Shown: positions 63,696-64,000 of the stretch, one piece after another
Layout: each line of letters starts with the position of its first letter
How positions within the stretch are numbered: position 1 is the first letter of the stretch
Virus record (IMG/VR): IMGVR_UViG_3300045988_174509
DNA: 64,000 nucleotides
Direction: 5' to 3' (one strand)
Origin: a virus
Position numbers and translations under genes: made by a program
Notes under the pieces: generated by a model
Told to the model about the DNA's origin: nothing
What the model saw: only the letters and a program-made list of their open reading frames with translations
The model's database searches: none

Positions 63696-64000
63696 ATGGC
63701 TCTTTCTTTTACAGACTATACGTTGGGGACTCCCATCACGCCTAATGTTAATTACAAGGTGGCCCTGTCCAAAGCTGGCGACCATGCTTACCTTCTTACC
63801 AGTGCCATTGCGGAGGCTACTCTTCAACTGACGCTGACGGCTCCTACTGATGAGGAGTGGAGCAATGTTGAAACCTATGTGGCTAATGGTCCCATTGCTG
63901 GCCGCATCTTCCCGCTCAGTGCCAATACCTATTATTTCCGTGTGGTTGGGCCACCTTCCCTGGCCTATGATTCTACGCTGGCTATTAAGGATTTGGATTT
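63696..64000 (+). CDS. 3'-truncated structural gene
   Basis: ATG at 63696; the ORF runs off the window end. Confidence 0.35.
   Translation, partial: MALSFTDYTLGTPITPNVNYKVALSKAGDHAYLLTSAIAEATLQLTLTAPTDEEWSNVETYVANGPIAGRIFPLSANTYYFRVVGPPSLAYDSTLAIKDLD

Overview
This 64-kb window reads as most of a tailed dsDNA phage genome. It is moderately GC-rich and gene-dense, with no integrase, tRNA or CRISPR array detected, so it looks virulent or at least non-integrative. All calls come from reading ORF translations and DNA motifs by eye; no database search was run.

Layout, left to right:
- 1-713: a 5'-truncated gene encoding a long hexapeptide-repeat, fibre-like protein built from ~26 near-identical 18-nt DNA repeats.
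- 720-11,100 (+): accessory block with two tandem Lar-family restriction-alleviation zinc-ribbon proteins, an ASCH/PUA-like protein, a SprT-like HExxH protease, a nucleotide-sugar cassette (NeuA/KdsB-type CMP-sugar synthetase, a CstII-like putative sialyltransferase and GT-A glycosyltransferases), small winged-helix regulators, and a lysis cassette (peptidoglycan-binding GH108-like endolysin plus a 2-TM coiled-coil protein behind a consensus TTGACA-N17-TAGTAT promoter).
- 11,989-26,845 (+): virion block with an 838-aa Cys/Trp-rich fibre-like protein, a Q/A/P-rich protein and a ~3,390-aa giant protein carrying an internal HExxH motif and terminal tandem repeats. A DUF3310-like gene follows.
- 27,510-37,648 (-): leftward block of 18 small, mostly unknown genes. 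It is headed by a strongly acidic 108-aa protein and a protein made of seven tandem sigma-region-4-like HTH repeats. A recurring TTAGAATCTCAAC element sits at or just upstream of many of these start codons; it is TAGAAT-like, and some transcripts look leaderless.
- 37,650-39,830: 2.2-kb repeat-rich noncoding control region with divergent promoters, two tandem ~240-bp repeats with a perfectly conserved 75-bp core, a GC-rich GCATG-laden palindromic block with GTCGG at 12-bp phasing, an AT-rich (TA)n stretch, and 3x11-bp plus 9x12-bp iterons. This is the probable origin of replication.
- 39,829-50,951 (+): replication and recombination module with a PrimPol plus D5-like helicase fusion, three short promoter-terminator units (sRNA candidates), a family-A DNA polymerase with 3'-5' exonuclease, an SF2 helicase, a Cas4-like Fe-S nuclease and a RuvC-like resolvase.
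- 50,951-64,000 (+): morphogenesis module with terminase large subunit, six small genes, portal, scaffold, major capsid protein (followed by a strong terminator) and further structural genes running off the window end.

The most novel-looking items:
- the 7xHTH-repeat protein together with the iteron and TTAGAAT element set;
- the phage-borne CMP-nonulosonate-type glycosylation cassette;
- the giant HExxH protein;
- the expandable hexapeptide-repeat fibre gene;
- a multi-layer anti-restriction set (two Lar paralogs, an acidic candidate DNA mimic, DUF3310).
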